Origin: Bacilli bacterium
Lineage (GTDB): Bacteria > Bacillota_I > Bacilli_A > RFN20 > CAG-826
Length of the DNA stretch: 64,000 nucleotides
NCBI GenBank assembly: GCA_045628045.1
Contig: JAZQOV010000006.1
Coordinates: 128,001 to 192,000, forward strand
Reading direction: 5' to 3'
The position numbers were made by a program, and so were the translations under genes. Each line of letters begins with the position of its first letter. Position 1 is the stretch's first letter. Positions 50,495-60,291 of this stretch are shown in pieces. Below the pieces are notes generated by a model. It was not told where the DNA came from and searched no databases. It saw only the letters and a list, made by a program, of their open reading frames with translations.

Positions 50495-51370
50495 ATGAGT
50501 ATTCTAGAAATTAAGCAAATAACTAAAAGTTATCCATCATTCAAATTAGATGATGTTTCTTTTAGCATTGAAGAAGGCTCCATTTGCGGTTTTATTGGCC
50601 GTAATGGCGCAGGAAAGACCACTACTTTAAAAGGAATCATGGGTCTCATTCATCTTGATGGAGGTGAGATTCATGTTTTCGGACACAATATTCTTGAAAA
50701 TGAGGATGAAAATAGACAAGATATTTCGTTTTCTCTTTCAGAGCTTAATTATTTTACCGAAGTTAAAATTGGTAAATTAACCGAAGTCACAAAACGTTTC
50801 TACAAGAACTGGAATGACGAAACATACGAGAAAATCTGCAAGAAGTTTAATCTAGACCAAAATAAACGTGTTAAAGAACTCTCAAGCGGAATGAAAGTTA
50901 AGTATGGACTTGCTGTCGCTTTATCGCATAAAGCAAAGCTTTTAATTTTTGATGAGCCAACAAGCGGACTTGATCCAGTAAGTAGAGACGAAATTTTAGA
51001 CATTTTTAAATCTGTTGTTAAAGATGGACAAAGAAGCATTCTTTTCTCCACTCATATTACTTCAGATTTAGAGAAATGCGCTGATCATATTGTCTATATT
51101 AGAAATGGCAAAATTGTCGCTTCTAATACAAAGGATGAATTTATTAATTCATACAAGACAGTTAATGGCGAAGTTGCAGAACTTGAAAAAACTAAAGAAC
51201 TATTAATCTCCTACAAAGTAGATGGAGACAAATTTGAAGGTCTTGTGAAGAAAGAAAATGTTTCTAAACTTGCAAAATCTTTGAAGACTTCAACACCAGC
51301 TTTAGACACAATTATGGTTTATGAAGATAATATAGGGGAGGAAATTAAAGATGAAGAATTTGATTTTTAA
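50495..51370 (+). CDS. ABC transporter ATP-binding protein
   Basis: GRNGAGKTT, LSSGM, FDEPTSGLD, STH. Confidence 0.95.
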   Translation: MSILEIKQITKSYPSFKLDDVSFSIEEGSICGFIGRNGAGKTTTLKGIMGLIHLDGGEIHVFGHNILENEDENRQDISFSLSELNYFTEVKIGKLTEVTKRFYKNWNDETYEKICKKFNLDQNKRVKELSSGMKVKYGLAVALSHKAKLLIFDEPTSGLDPVSRDEILDIFKSVVKDGQRSILFSTHITSDLEKCADHIVYIRNGKIVASNTKDEFINSYKTVNGEVAELEKTKELLISYKVDGDKFEGLVKKENVSKLAKSLKTSTPALDTIMVYEDNIGEEIKDEEFDF

Positions 51371-52016
51371 AGAATTTAAACTCTCCGTTCATCCATTAAC
51401 TTACTTAATGATGATCTTAATTTCCCTTTCTTCCTTATCAGGACTTGGACCTTCTTATCCATTAATGTTGTTTGGTGTTTTCTACACATTTTTATTCATT
51501 GGAATAAAAAAGGGAGTCACTAATAACGATTTATATTATTCACTTCTACTCCCAGTAAGAAGAGAAAAGGTTGTCTTAGCAAGGGTTACTTCCACCACAT
51601 TTTTACAAATTCTTTACACTGTGATGGTTTTTATTACATGTGTTCTTGCAAAATTTATTCCTCAACCAAATCCGGTTCCATCCATTGGAATTGAACAATC
51701 ATTTGTTTATATAGCAATTGCATTAATCAACTATACAATTTTTGATTTTGTTTACTTTCCTTGGTTTTACAAGAAAGGTAAAGAAGTTATCTGGAACATG
51801 CTTGTTGGAACTATTGCTTGTGCAATAGTAACAATAGGTTTGTGCATTGGTTTAGCGGTTATTCCAGGTGTTAAAGATGTTTTAACAATTGGAAGTCCTA
51901 ACGCTAACTATTTAATTCAAATTGTGATTTTAATACTTGGAATTGCTATTTACATTCTTGGCAAGTTTTTACTTGTAAAAATCTGCACAAAAGAAATTAA
52001 GAAATTGGACTTTTAA
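51351..52016 (+). CDS. ABC-2 type transporter permease
   Basis: Six hydrophobic segments, LLPVRREKVVLAR; overlaps the ATPase gene. Confidence 0.88.
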   Translation: MKNLIFKEFKLSVHPLTYLMMILISLSSLSGLGPSYPLMLFGVFYTFLFIGIKKGVTNNDLYYSLLLPVRREKVVLARVTSTTFLQILYTVMVFITCVLAKFIPQPNPVPSIGIEQSFVYIAIALINYTIFDFVYFPWFYKKGKEVIWNMLVGTIACAIVTIGLCIGLAVIPGVKDVLTIGSPNANYLIQIVILILGIAIYILGKFLLVKICTKEIKKLDF

Positions 52017-52017
52017 T

Positions 52018-52458
52018 ATGATTCAAAACGGCATAAATAAAGAATTTATTAAAAAAGACAAATCTCATACACAAAAGATTGTTAAGTTAACAATCATGTG
52101 CATGGTTTATAAAGATGACGGATCTTTCTTAGTGGAAAACCGCTTAAAGAAAGATTGGCCAGGTTTAACTTTCCCTGGTGGTCATGTCGAAGATAATGAA
52201 TTCATCACTGATGCTGTTATTCGTGAAATGAAAGAAGAAACTGGTTTAGAAGTCTCCAACCTTGAACCTAGAGGTTATATTGAATGGAATGATTTTGGAG
52301 ATAACGTAAGACACCTTGCAATGTTATTTAAAACAAAATCATTTAAAGGGACTTTAAAATCATCCAAAGAAGGTAAAATCTTCTTCATAAGAGAAGAAGA
52401 TATTGAAAAATATCCTCTTTCAAATGATTTTTTAGAAATCTACAGAAAGTTAAAATGA
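52018..52458 (+). CDS. Nudix hydrolase (MutT-like)
   Basis: Nudix box GGHVEDNEFITDAVIREMKEETGL. Confidence 0.93.
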   Translation: MIQNGINKEFIKKDKSHTQKIVKLTIMCMVYKDDGSFLVENRLKKDWPGLTFPGGHVEDNEFITDAVIREMKEETGLEVSNLEPRGYIEWNDFGDNVRHLAMLFKTKSFKGTLKSSKEGKIFFIREEDIEKYPLSNDFLEIYRKLK

Positions 52459-53273
52459 AGAAAATAATACTTTTGTTGCCGCTACTTTTAGTTAGTTGCA
52501 AAGAAAAATATGAAGCGCCAACCTTCACCATTTTTAGCATTCAACCACTTTATGATGATTTAAAAGAAAGAACAGATTCCTATATGGAACTTCCTTTAGA
52601 TATTTCATCACAAGCTGACATTCTTATTAATGGATGCGAAAAATTAAAAGAAAATGCTTCAAATGTTACTTTTCCAGAAGAAAACAAAATTTGTAATAAG
52701 CCTTTAACTAAAGAATTAGTTTCTTCTTTTAAGAAGAATTCCATCATCGTTTTCCAAAATCATGGATTTTACGACGAAGAACATCACTCAATAATCGCAA
52801 GTGGAGCGTATTATCCTTGGGGTGAAGAAAGCGAAGATTATTTAATGGATGTGAATGAAGGAAGAATTATTGATTATTTCGGCTCCATGACTGGAGAATG
52901 TTACACATCAAAATGGATTGATAAATATTGTCCAAATATTGAAGGCTCGATTGTATATTTAGATTGTTGCTATTCAACATTTGATAATACACTTGCAAAC
53001 GCCTTTATTAATAAAGGCGCAAAAGCAGTATTTGGTAACTCAACATATGTTATGATGAGATATGGCGATTTAATGTGCAATGAAATTATTCAAAGTTTAG
53101 GACAAGTAAATCCTAAAACAAATAAATATTTCACTACAGGAGAAGCACTTCAAAAAGCAAAAGATAAATATGCTGAAAACCAAAGAATCATTTATGATTA
53201 TGATCCTGTAGAGGAATGTGAAGTTCAGTTAGTTGGTTCACAAGACTATAGAATCTCAGAACAAAAGTTTTAA
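52455..53273 (+). CDS. Lipoprotein, possible caspase/gingipain-like (clan CD) fold
   Basis: Lipobox LVS-C15; IIVFQNHG and IVYLDCCYS; AFINKGAKAVFG. Confidence 0.55.
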   Translation: MKKIILLLPLLLVSCKEKYEAPTFTIFSIQPLYDDLKERTDSYMELPLDISSQADILINGCEKLKENASNVTFPEENKICNKPLTKELVSSFKKNSIIVFQNHGFYDEEHHSIIASGAYYPWGEESEDYLMDVNEGRIIDYFGSMTGECYTSKWIDKYCPNIEGSIVYLDCCYSTFDNTLANAFINKGAKAVFGNSTYVMMRYGDLMCNEIIQSLGQVNPKTNKYFTTGEALQKAKDKYAENQRIIYDYDPVEECEVQLVGSQDYRISEQKF

Positions 53274-53300
53274 AAAAAGACCAGTCAAACTGGTCTTTTT
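53272..53300. terminator. Bidirectional intrinsic terminator
   Basis: AAAAAGACCAGT-CAA-ACTGGTCTTTTT. Confidence 0.85.
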
Positions 53301-53312
53301 ATTAATCTTTGA

Positions 53313-54740
53313 TTAATATGCTCTTGCGAAGAAGACAACTTTCTTAGCAGGTTTTCCGCATACTGGGCACTTTGTATCAAATGGGCTTTGATCAAATGGT
53401 AAGCAACGAGCAGTAGCTTGATAAAGTTCTTTAATCTTAACTTCACATTCTTGTTCGCCACACCACATAACTTTTGCATATCCACCACGATCAAGAATTT
53501 CTTTAAGTTCATCAAGTGAATGTGCTTCTGTTGTGTGATCAAGTAAATACTTGAATGCTTTCTTATACATTTCGTCATGAATAACATCAAGTAAACGAGC
53601 AGCTTCTTTCACTACGTCTTTGTCGTTAACAGTAACTTTGGTTCCATCATTACGTTTTGCTAAGACTGCAACGCCTGCGCCAACATCTCTTGGTCCGATT
53701 TCCACTCTTAGTGGAATACCTTTCATTTCATGTTCAGCAAACTTCCATCCTGGAGATCTATCTGAATCATCTAATTTAACTCTAATTCCAGCCTTTGCTA
53801 AAGCATCTCTATATTCGATTGCTTTCTTCATAACATCTGGATTCTTTTGCATAATAGGCACGATCACAACTTGTGTAGGTGCAACTCTTGGTGGGAGAAC
53901 AAGGCCATTATCATCACCATGAACCATAATAATTGATCCAAGAAGTCTCGTTGAAACACCCCAAGAAGTTTGATGTGGAGTCATAAGCTTTTGGTCTTTA
54001 GATTGATAAGAAATACCAAATGCTTTAGCAAATCCATCGCCAAAGTAGTGAGTTGTACCACTTTGAAGTGCTTTTCCATCTGGCATTAAAGCTTCAATAG
54101 TATAAGTTTCTTTTGCACCAGCAAATTTTTCTTTATCAGTCTTAATACCTTTAACAAATGGAACTGCTAAAAGTTCACGACCCATTTCATCATAAATCTC
54201 AAGCATACGAAGAGCATCTTTTCTTGCTTCTTCTTCTGTTTCATACATAGTATGACCTTCTTGCCAAAGGAATTCTGATCCTCTTAAGAAAGGACGAGTT
54301 GTTTTTTCCCAACGGACAACGCTACACCATTGGTTATAACGTTTTGGAAGGTCTCTATAAGATTCGATAATATTTTTGTAGTGTTCGCAGAATAAAACTT
54401 CACTTGTTGGACGAACAATAAGTTCATCATCAAGAGTTGTTTCTCCGCCTTTAGTACAAATTAAAGTTTCAGGAGCAAAACCTGAAATATGATCTTTTTC
54501 CTTTTGAAAAAGACTTGCAGGAATAACCATAGGCATATAAACATTTTCAACACCAACGCCTTTAAATTTAGCATCTAAATAATGTTGAATTTGCTCCCAA
54601 ATGGCATAGCCATATGGGCGATAAATAATAAAACCTTTAACGGATGAATAATCCATTAATTCGGCTTTTTTACATACATCTGTGTACCATTGAGCAAAGT
54701 CTTGCTCTTGAGTGGTAATTGCATCATTCTTAATATCCAT
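53313..54740 (-). CDS. proS: Proline--tRNA ligase, eukaryote/archaeon-like type
   Basis: RPTSE, RWEKTTRPFLRGSEFLWQEGHT, SWGVSTR, C-terminal Cys motif and ARAY. Confidence 0.98.
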   Translation of the reverse strand: MDIKNDAITTQEQDFAQWYTDVCKKAELMDYSSVKGFIIYRPYGYAIWEQIQHYLDAKFKGVGVENVYMPMVIPASLFQKEKDHISGFAPETLICTKGGETTLDDELIVRPTSEVLFCEHYKNIIESYRDLPKRYNQWCSVVRWEKTTRPFLRGSEFLWQEGHTMYETEEEARKDALRMLEIYDEMGRELLAVPFVKGIKTDKEKFAGAKETYTIEALMPDGKALQSGTTHYFGDGFAKAFGISYQSKDQKLMTPHQTSWGVSTRLLGSIIMVHGDDNGLVLPPRVAPTQVVIVPIMQKNPDVMKKAIEYRDALAKAGIRVKLDDSDRSPGWKFAEHEMKGIPLRVEIGPRDVGAGVAVLAKRNDGTKVTVNDKDVVKEAARLLDVIHDEMYKKAFKYLLDHTTEAHSLDELKEILDRGGYAKVMWCGEQECEVKIKELYQATARCLPFDQSPFDTKCPVCGKPAKKVVFFARAY

Positions 54741-54754
54741 AAATAAATCTCCTT

Positions 54755-56482
54755 TTATGACTTAAGATTAATCATCTTAGTAAGTATTTTCTTTTGAAGT
54801 GGCAATATGTTTTCAGCAGGTAAAGCTATAGCATCACTACAAATTGCTGAAATGCCAAGTTTATAAACAAGTTCCACAATATCCCAGCTTTGAATATCGT
54901 AAGCTAGTATTGTTTTGTTGTAATGTAACAATTTTTCAATTAAACCTTGGAATGTCGGAAGGTTCTTACTAGCATTCTTCTTTTGAATGTGAGTGTTGAC
55001 ACTCAAATTGAAATAATCAAATACTTCGTAGAGTCGGGGTGTTAGAGTTAAGATATCATCATCAATCTCAAGTGCTACAGAGTAGCCTTTTGATTTTAAA
55101 GATAAGATTGCATCAACAATTGTTTCTTCTTCATAATCTGTAGGCAATGCAGATAAATCTTTTTCTTTTAAGGTGAGAACTAGATTTACACTACCTGCAC
55201 CATTAATTCTTCCTAAAGTTCTAGAAGCATAAGCAAGTTCATTATATGAAATCGGGAATAATAGCTTAGTGTGGCTATCATCTCTTTCTTGAACAAATTG
55301 TGCGAATGTATTCCTTGCAATTGTTGAGAATAATTCTTTTTCCTCTTGAGTACGTGCAGCGTAGCTCTTAAGCATGTCTATGCTAGTAAAGAACTCGTCT
55401 TTAGGTTGGAAAGTTGCCTTATAGGCAGTGACTTTACCTCTTTCAACATTAAAGATTGGCTGGAAGAAATAACTAATCTTGTTTTCTTCAATAATTGCTT
55501 GAACATCATTCTTATATTCATCACCTTTTTCTTCGGTTAACAAAGCTTTGTTTTCGCTATAGAAACCTAAGAGTTGATCATTGTCTTTGCACATATTAGA
55601 AACTGCAATAACGTTTTTTATTAAGTTATTTGCGTCTCTAAAGCTTTCTTCGTTTTCAATGATACCAATTGATAAATGAATATCATTTGAATATGACTTA
55701 ATAGATAAATATCTATTAACTTTGGTTGTAATTTCATTAGCAAATGTTAAGATTTCAGCTTTATTCTTTAAATCAAAGTTTGTGACAATGATTTGACCGA
55801 ATTCTTGTTCTACAATAAGAACTTTCTCACTTGCAAATGTAAGAATGATGTCTCTTAAGTCTGCATATGCAAGTTGTGAAATGTCTGATGTTTTTGTAAC
55901 TTGGTTATAGAAGTTAAAATAAAGCGTTGCGCCTCTACCATTGCTCATGAGAATCTTTTTATTAAGGTAATCACGTTTTGAAAATGATACTTTTTCGCCT
56001 TTTCTATGAGCCTCTAAGTCTGTTTGCAAAAGATGGGATTCAATAAAAATTAATTTCTTTTCAAATTCAATCTTTTGAACTTCAAGAATTGTGGAAACAA
56101 GTGATTTAAGTGATTTAATGTAGACTTTTGTCTCCATAAATTTAGGAGTTTGAGTGTTTTGATCAAGCAAATCACCAACCCAATGAATAATTTTTTCTCT
56201 ATCCTTTGGTTCATATTGATTATAGAACGCTGTAATAGATAAAGCTCTACGGTTATGTAAATGGGCTGAATTAAAATAATTTACTTTGTCATTTTTAACA
56301 TCAATAATGAATGCGCGAGTTGAGTTTGATAATTCCTTAATTTCTTTTTGGTGTTGAGATTGTTTATGATTCGAAACACCAAAAAAGAAACAAAGGAAAA
56401 CTAAACATACAAAAGCTGCTAATGCAAAGATAGCAACTTCGAATTTAGAAATAGTGAGAAATGTTGTTAAAATTAAACGCAT
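54755..56482 (-). CDS. Membrane-anchored protein with degenerate GGDEF-like and EAL-like domains
   Basis: N-terminal TM; LSIGI; YFFQPIFNVERGKVTAYKA and LKSKGYSVALE resemble an EAL domain without the EAL motif; TATAAT-6 nt-ATG at 56482. Confidence 0.7.
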   Translation of the reverse strand: MRLILTTFLTISKFEVAIFALAAFVCLVFLCFFFGVSNHKQSQHQKEIKELSNSTRAFIIDVKNDKVNYFNSAHLHNRRALSITAFYNQYEPKDREKIIHWVGDLLDQNTQTPKFMETKVYIKSLKSLVSTILEVQKIEFEKKLIFIESHLLQTDLEAHRKGEKVSFSKRDYLNKKILMSNGRGATLYFNFYNQVTKTSDISQLAYADLRDIILTFASEKVLIVEQEFGQIIVTNFDLKNKAEILTFANEITTKVNRYLSIKSYSNDIHLSIGIIENEESFRDANNLIKNVIAVSNMCKDNDQLLGFYSENKALLTEEKGDEYKNDVQAIIEENKISYFFQPIFNVERGKVTAYKATFQPKDEFFTSIDMLKSYAARTQEEKELFSTIARNTFAQFVQERDDSHTKLLFPISYNELAYASRTLGRINGAGSVNLVLTLKEKDLSALPTDYEEETIVDAILSLKSKGYSVALEIDDDILTLTPRLYEVFDYFNLSVNTHIQKKNASKNLPTFQGLIEKLLHYNKTILAYDIQSWDIVELVYKLGISAICSDAIALPAENILPLQKKILTKMINLKS

Positions 56483-56631
56483 GCTTGTATTATACATCAT
56501 TACGTGTTTTATACAACGTATGTTTGTTAAAATAAGCCAAAAAATCTTTGATTTGTTCACTTATAATCCTAACAGCCAAGAATATAGAAAAATGTAAATA
56601 ATATAATCTCAGTTGTGTTATAATCTTTCAC

Positions 56632-56724
56632 GGAGGAATACCCAAGCCCGGTTGAAGGGGTCGGTTTCGAAAACCGATAGTAGTCGCAAGATTAGCAGGG
56701 GTTCGAATCCCCTTTCCTCCGCCA
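56632..56724 (+). tRNA. tRNA-Ser (CGA)
   Basis: GGAGGAA/TTCCTCC acceptor, TCGGT-TT-CGA-AA-ACCGA, long variable arm, GCCA end. Confidence 0.96.
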
Positions 56725-56733
56725 GAATTTAAT

Positions 56734-56766
56734 AAAAAAATCAAGCCGTTTCTAGCTTGATTTTTT
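56734..56766. terminator. Bidirectional intrinsic terminator
   Basis: AAAAAATCAAGC-CGTTTCTA-GCTTGATTTTTT. Confidence 0.8.
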
Positions 56767-57261
56767 CTTTTTGTTTGATTTGATTTTTTGTATCAATTTT
56801 ACGATCAAATATATCAAAATTAGCAGGAAAACCCCCACTAAATAGCCCGAAACGTCAATTCCAACATCTCTAAAATTTCCGCTTCTTCCAGCAGTAAAAA
56901 GTTGGAAAAGTTCAGAGAGAAATGCAATGAATGCACCAACGCAAATTGAGTATAAAACTTGAAAGAATTTTTTCTTTGAATCACCAACTAAAACTAAGCT
57001 CCAAGTTGTGAAAATTCCTGATGCAACAAATAATGAAAAATGCCCTAAAATTTTTCTTAATTTGGCAGCAAATGTTGGGAAATTGCTTTGAGTTATTGTT
57101 TCAGGTTTTACAGTGTTAATAACATCTGCAGTTGTGTGTGCAATTTGATTAGATTCCTGTGCGGATGCTTCACCATTAATGCAAGCATTAACCAAAATAA
57201 AAATATTTATTGCTAAAGCAATAATTATGACAATAAAGGTTAATACTTTTCTCTTTTTCAT
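56752..57261 (-). CDS. VanZ family membrane protein
   Basis: LRKILGHFSLF, SELFQLFTAGRSG...DVGID. Confidence 0.88.
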   Translation of the reverse strand: MKKRKVLTFIVIIIALAINIFILVNACINGEASAQESNQIAHTTADVINTVKPETITQSNFPTFAAKLRKILGHFSLFVASGIFTTWSLVLVGDSKKKFFQVLYSICVGAFIAFLSELFQLFTAGRSGNFRDVGIDVSGYLVGVFLLILIYLIVKLIQKIKSNKKKKSS

Positions 57262-58283
57262 TATTTAATAGGCTTCATATGGAACTTTCCATAAACTCCA
57301 ATTAGTGATGAAACATTGATGAAACTATCTGGGTCAAGTTCTCTAATGATATCAACTGATCTTTTGATTTCAGGTGTGGAAACAACCATGTAGATGATAA
57401 TTTTTGAGTCATCTGTATAGACGCCTTGAGCCTCTACAATAGTAGCACCGTGAGGAATATTTGCGAGCAATAATTTTGGTAAATCCTTGTTCGAACTAAT
57501 GATTTGTATTTGTGCTTTCTTATTACGGATGTTGATTACATCAATAACAAGCATAACTGTTAATAAATATACGAGTGAAAAAAGCACACCAGTAATTGAT
57601 GATGCAACGTCTTTTGTTTTTGCTCCAGTAACGATAGCGAATGATGCAATGATAATAGCGTTAATCATAACGCCGTATTTACCTGCTAATTTTGATTTTT
57701 TATTAGAAATATAATAAGAAACAATATCGAAACCACCAGCAGATGAATCTGCTTTGAATGCGATAGCACTACTTAAGCCCGTACAAATGCCTGCGAAAAA
57801 TGAGCGAGAAAGCATGCCTCCGCCTCTTTCATTAACATATGTTGAAACTTCGTACAAGACTTTGGCCATTCCCGAACCTTCTATTGCGAATAAAAAGTCA
57901 AATAGAACAACACAACCAACATTGATTAATGTAAAAATAGCAAATCTTTTGCCAACTCCAAAGTATGCAAGTACGAGTAAAGGCACATTAATTGCGAAAT
58001 AGAAAACGTTATAAACTATAATTTGCTTTTCTGGTGAAAAATCTTTACCAATTATTAATTCAACGAATGCTTTGAATACCTGCGCAAGACCAGAAGATCC
58101 GCCTGAAACCATTGTTGTAGCATTTGCGACTTTAACAAGTTCAGGTTGAATAAAAGCTGTCATTCCAAAAGCGAATATTGCCGCACTTAAGACTGACAAT
58201 AATAATGGAACAGCGTAATCATAAATATGTTTTAACCATAAATGGTTATAAAGAAGTGAGTTAAGTTTTTGTTTTGTTTTCAT
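57261..58283 (-). CDS. YitT family membrane protein
   Basis: SGGSSGLAQ, INVPL, SSAGGFDI, HGAT, DPDSFI. Confidence 0.9.
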   Translation of the reverse strand: MKTKQKLNSLLYNHLWLKHIYDYAVPLLLSVLSAAIFAFGMTAFIQPELVKVANATTMVSGGSSGLAQVFKAFVELIIGKDFSPEKQIIVYNVFYFAINVPLLVLAYFGVGKRFAIFTLINVGCVVLFDFLFAIEGSGMAKVLYEVSTYVNERGGGMLSRSFFAGICTGLSSAIAFKADSSAGGFDIVSYYISNKKSKLAGKYGVMINAIIIASFAIVTGAKTKDVASSITGVLFSLVYLLTVMLVIDVINIRNKKAQIQIISSNKDLPKLLLANIPHGATIVEAQGVYTDDSKIIIYMVVSTPEIKRSVDIIRELDPDSFINVSSLIGVYGKFHMKPIK

Positions 58284-58434
58284 AAGTTGCTAGAAATATT
58301 CTATACGTTTTTACGTATAAAGCAATCTTTACTTAGATATTTCTAATTTAAAAATATCTTGTGTTTTTTTCTGTTGAGTCTATATTAATATAGTGCTAAA
58401 ATATAACAGCATTTTATCCCGGAGGTAAATTGAT

Positions 58435-59247
58435 ATGGCAGTTTTATTAGCAATTGGTAGATTCTTTAAAAAGATTTGGGATTGGATTAAACAAACAGCA
58501 TGGATCCAACCACTTTTAATAGTTGGTATCATTTTCGGAATTATTTTCTCAATCCGTCCAATTATTGAAGCTACAAAGAAACACAGAGCAAAACAAGGTG
58601 AATTTGATAAATTCTACACAACATACAGACTTTCTCTTAATGGAGAAGGCGAAGAAAGTTCTTCAGAAGCAGGCGTCTTCACCACAAAATTAACTATGTT
58701 AATGAATGGTGAAATCGACAAAGAAACATTCAAATCAGAATGTGGTAGAGATGTTGAAGACAAATTCTTCTTTGCAGTTGTTGCAAAAGAATGTACAGAA
58801 TGTGATGAATGTAAAGAAGGTTTCGCAACATTCAAGAGCAAATTAAACAATGCTGCTGAATATTATGGCGCAAATACTGAAGAAAAATTCGATATGGTTA
58901 CAATCTTCCAAGACGAAGAAAAATATAAAGATTCAGAAGTCGAAGATACACCATTCTATGATTATTGCTTAAATCACTCTGACTTCTTCGCAGAAGCAGC
59001 AGGTGTCGCAGAAGGTTCTTATTACTATAAGAATAACGGAATCAGTGATTCAGACATTGCTGACTTAGCAGAAGCTCAAGCAGAAACATTCAATACTCCA
59101 ACAATCTTACTCATTGATTTAAATTCTGAAGAATCAATCATCAGCGAAGTTATGTTTGGTGTTGAAGGTTCATCCAAAGATCAAAAAGCAAAAACATTAT
59201 TCAACTGTTGGGAACACAAAGGTAAGTTCTCCGAATCAGGAAAATAA
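58435..59247 (+). CDS. Membrane-anchored acidic protein with thioredoxin-like CxxC region
   Basis: SD GGAGG; N-terminal amphipathic and TM helices; FFFAVVAKECTECDEC and FNTPTILLID. Confidence 0.6.
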   Translation: MAVLLAIGRFFKKIWDWIKQTAWIQPLLIVGIIFGIIFSIRPIIEATKKHRAKQGEFDKFYTTYRLSLNGEGEESSSEAGVFTTKLTMLMNGEIDKETFKSECGRDVEDKFFFAVVAKECTECDECKEGFATFKSKLNNAAEYYGANTEEKFDMVTIFQDEEKYKDSEVEDTPFYDYCLNHSDFFAEAAGVAEGSYYYKNNGISDSDIADLAEAQAETFNTPTILLIDLNSEESIISEVMFGVEGSSKDQKAKTLFNCWEHKGKFSESGK

Positions 59248-59263
59248 TTATTTACTAGTAAAT

Positions 59264-59293
59264 AAAAAGTAACTCAATCGAGTTACTTTTTTT
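59264..59293. terminator. Bidirectional intrinsic terminator
   Basis: AAAAAGTAACTC-AATC-GAGTTACTTTTT. Confidence 0.85.
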
Positions 59294-59753
59294 GATATTT
59301 CTTAACGACTGATTTCGGAACCAAATGTCTAATATCAACTTTTGATTTAGCCATTGAATCAATTACGCTACTAGAGATAAATGAATATTCAGAGTTAGCC
59401 ATGAAAAAGACCATGTCAATTGATGAATCAATGTATTTATTAGCTTCAGCTAATGAGAATTCATATTCGAAGTCTGTGACAGCTCTAAGACCTCTAATTA
59501 AGTGTTTAGCACCAACCTTTTTAGCGTATTCCACTGTTAAGCCATGAGTTGAATCGACTTTGACTCCTTTTAAGCCCTTTGTTGCATCTTTAATCATTGA
59601 AACCCTGTCTTCGACAGAGAATCTAGATTTTTTATCTTGATTGTCTGCAACAAGCACAATAACTTCATCAAATACTTCAAGAGCACGTTGTAAGATATCT
59701 AAGTGTCCATTGGTAATTGGATCAAATGATCCTGGATAAACTGCTTTCTTCAT
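59283..59753 (-). CDS. coaD: Phosphopantetheine adenylyltransferase
   Basis: YPGSFDPITNGH, IRGLRAVTDFEYE, ISSS. Confidence 0.98.
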   Translation of the reverse strand: MKKAVYPGSFDPITNGHLDILQRALEVFDEVIVLVADNQDKKSRFSVEDRVSMIKDATKGLKGVKVDSTHGLTVEYAKKVGAKHLIRGLRAVTDFEYEFSLAEANKYIDSSIDMVFFMANSEYSFISSSVIDSMAKSKVDIRHLVPKSVVKKYQKK

Positions 59754-59755
59754 AA

Positions 59756-60289
59756 CTATTTCCTTAATATATATACTTTCGCGAGTCCGTATTTATAGAA
59801 GCGAACTTCTTTAAACATTGTTTTATCAATATTTAATTCTCTTTCACTCTCTAACACTATTATACCACCATCATTTAATGAATTATTTGATATAAGCGTT
59901 TTCACAATATCTTCATATACTTCTAATTTATATGGAGGATCTACAAAGACAATATCAACTTTTTCATTAAATTGTTTTAGAAAATCTAAAACATCACTTC
60001 TAATTATCTCAAAATTATCTTCTTTTAATTTTAAAGCATTATCTTTGATACATTTAATTGCGTCGATTGATTTATCAACAAAAATAGCACTCTTTGCACC
60101 TCTTGATAAAGACTCGAAGCCATATGAACCTGATCCAGCGAATAAATCAAGAACAGACGCTCCTACTACTTTATCTCCAAGTGCAGAGAAAACTGCAGAA
60201 CGAACTTTATCCATTGTTGGTTTAGTGAGTTCTGTATTTGGAGTATCTAATAATCTTGATCTATTTTGACCACCAGTAATGCGTATCAT
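59756..60289 (-). CDS. rsmD: 16S rRNA m2G966 methyltransferase
   Basis: LDLFAGSG, ESLSRGA, DPPY; adjacent to coaD. Confidence 0.96.
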   Translation of the reverse strand: MIRITGGQNRSRLLDTPNTELTKPTMDKVRSAVFSALGDKVVGASVLDLFAGSGSYGFESLSRGAKSAIFVDKSIDAIKCIKDNALKLKEDNFEIIRSDVLDFLKQFNEKVDIVFVDPPYKLEVYEDIVKTLISNNSLNDGGIIVLESERELNIDKTMFKEVRFYKYGLAKVYILRK

Positions 60290-60291
60290 AA

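Noticed and set aside
56752-57261. vanZ as a glycopeptide resistance cluster
   Set aside because: Stand-alone VanZ-family gene with no vanHAX or vanRS
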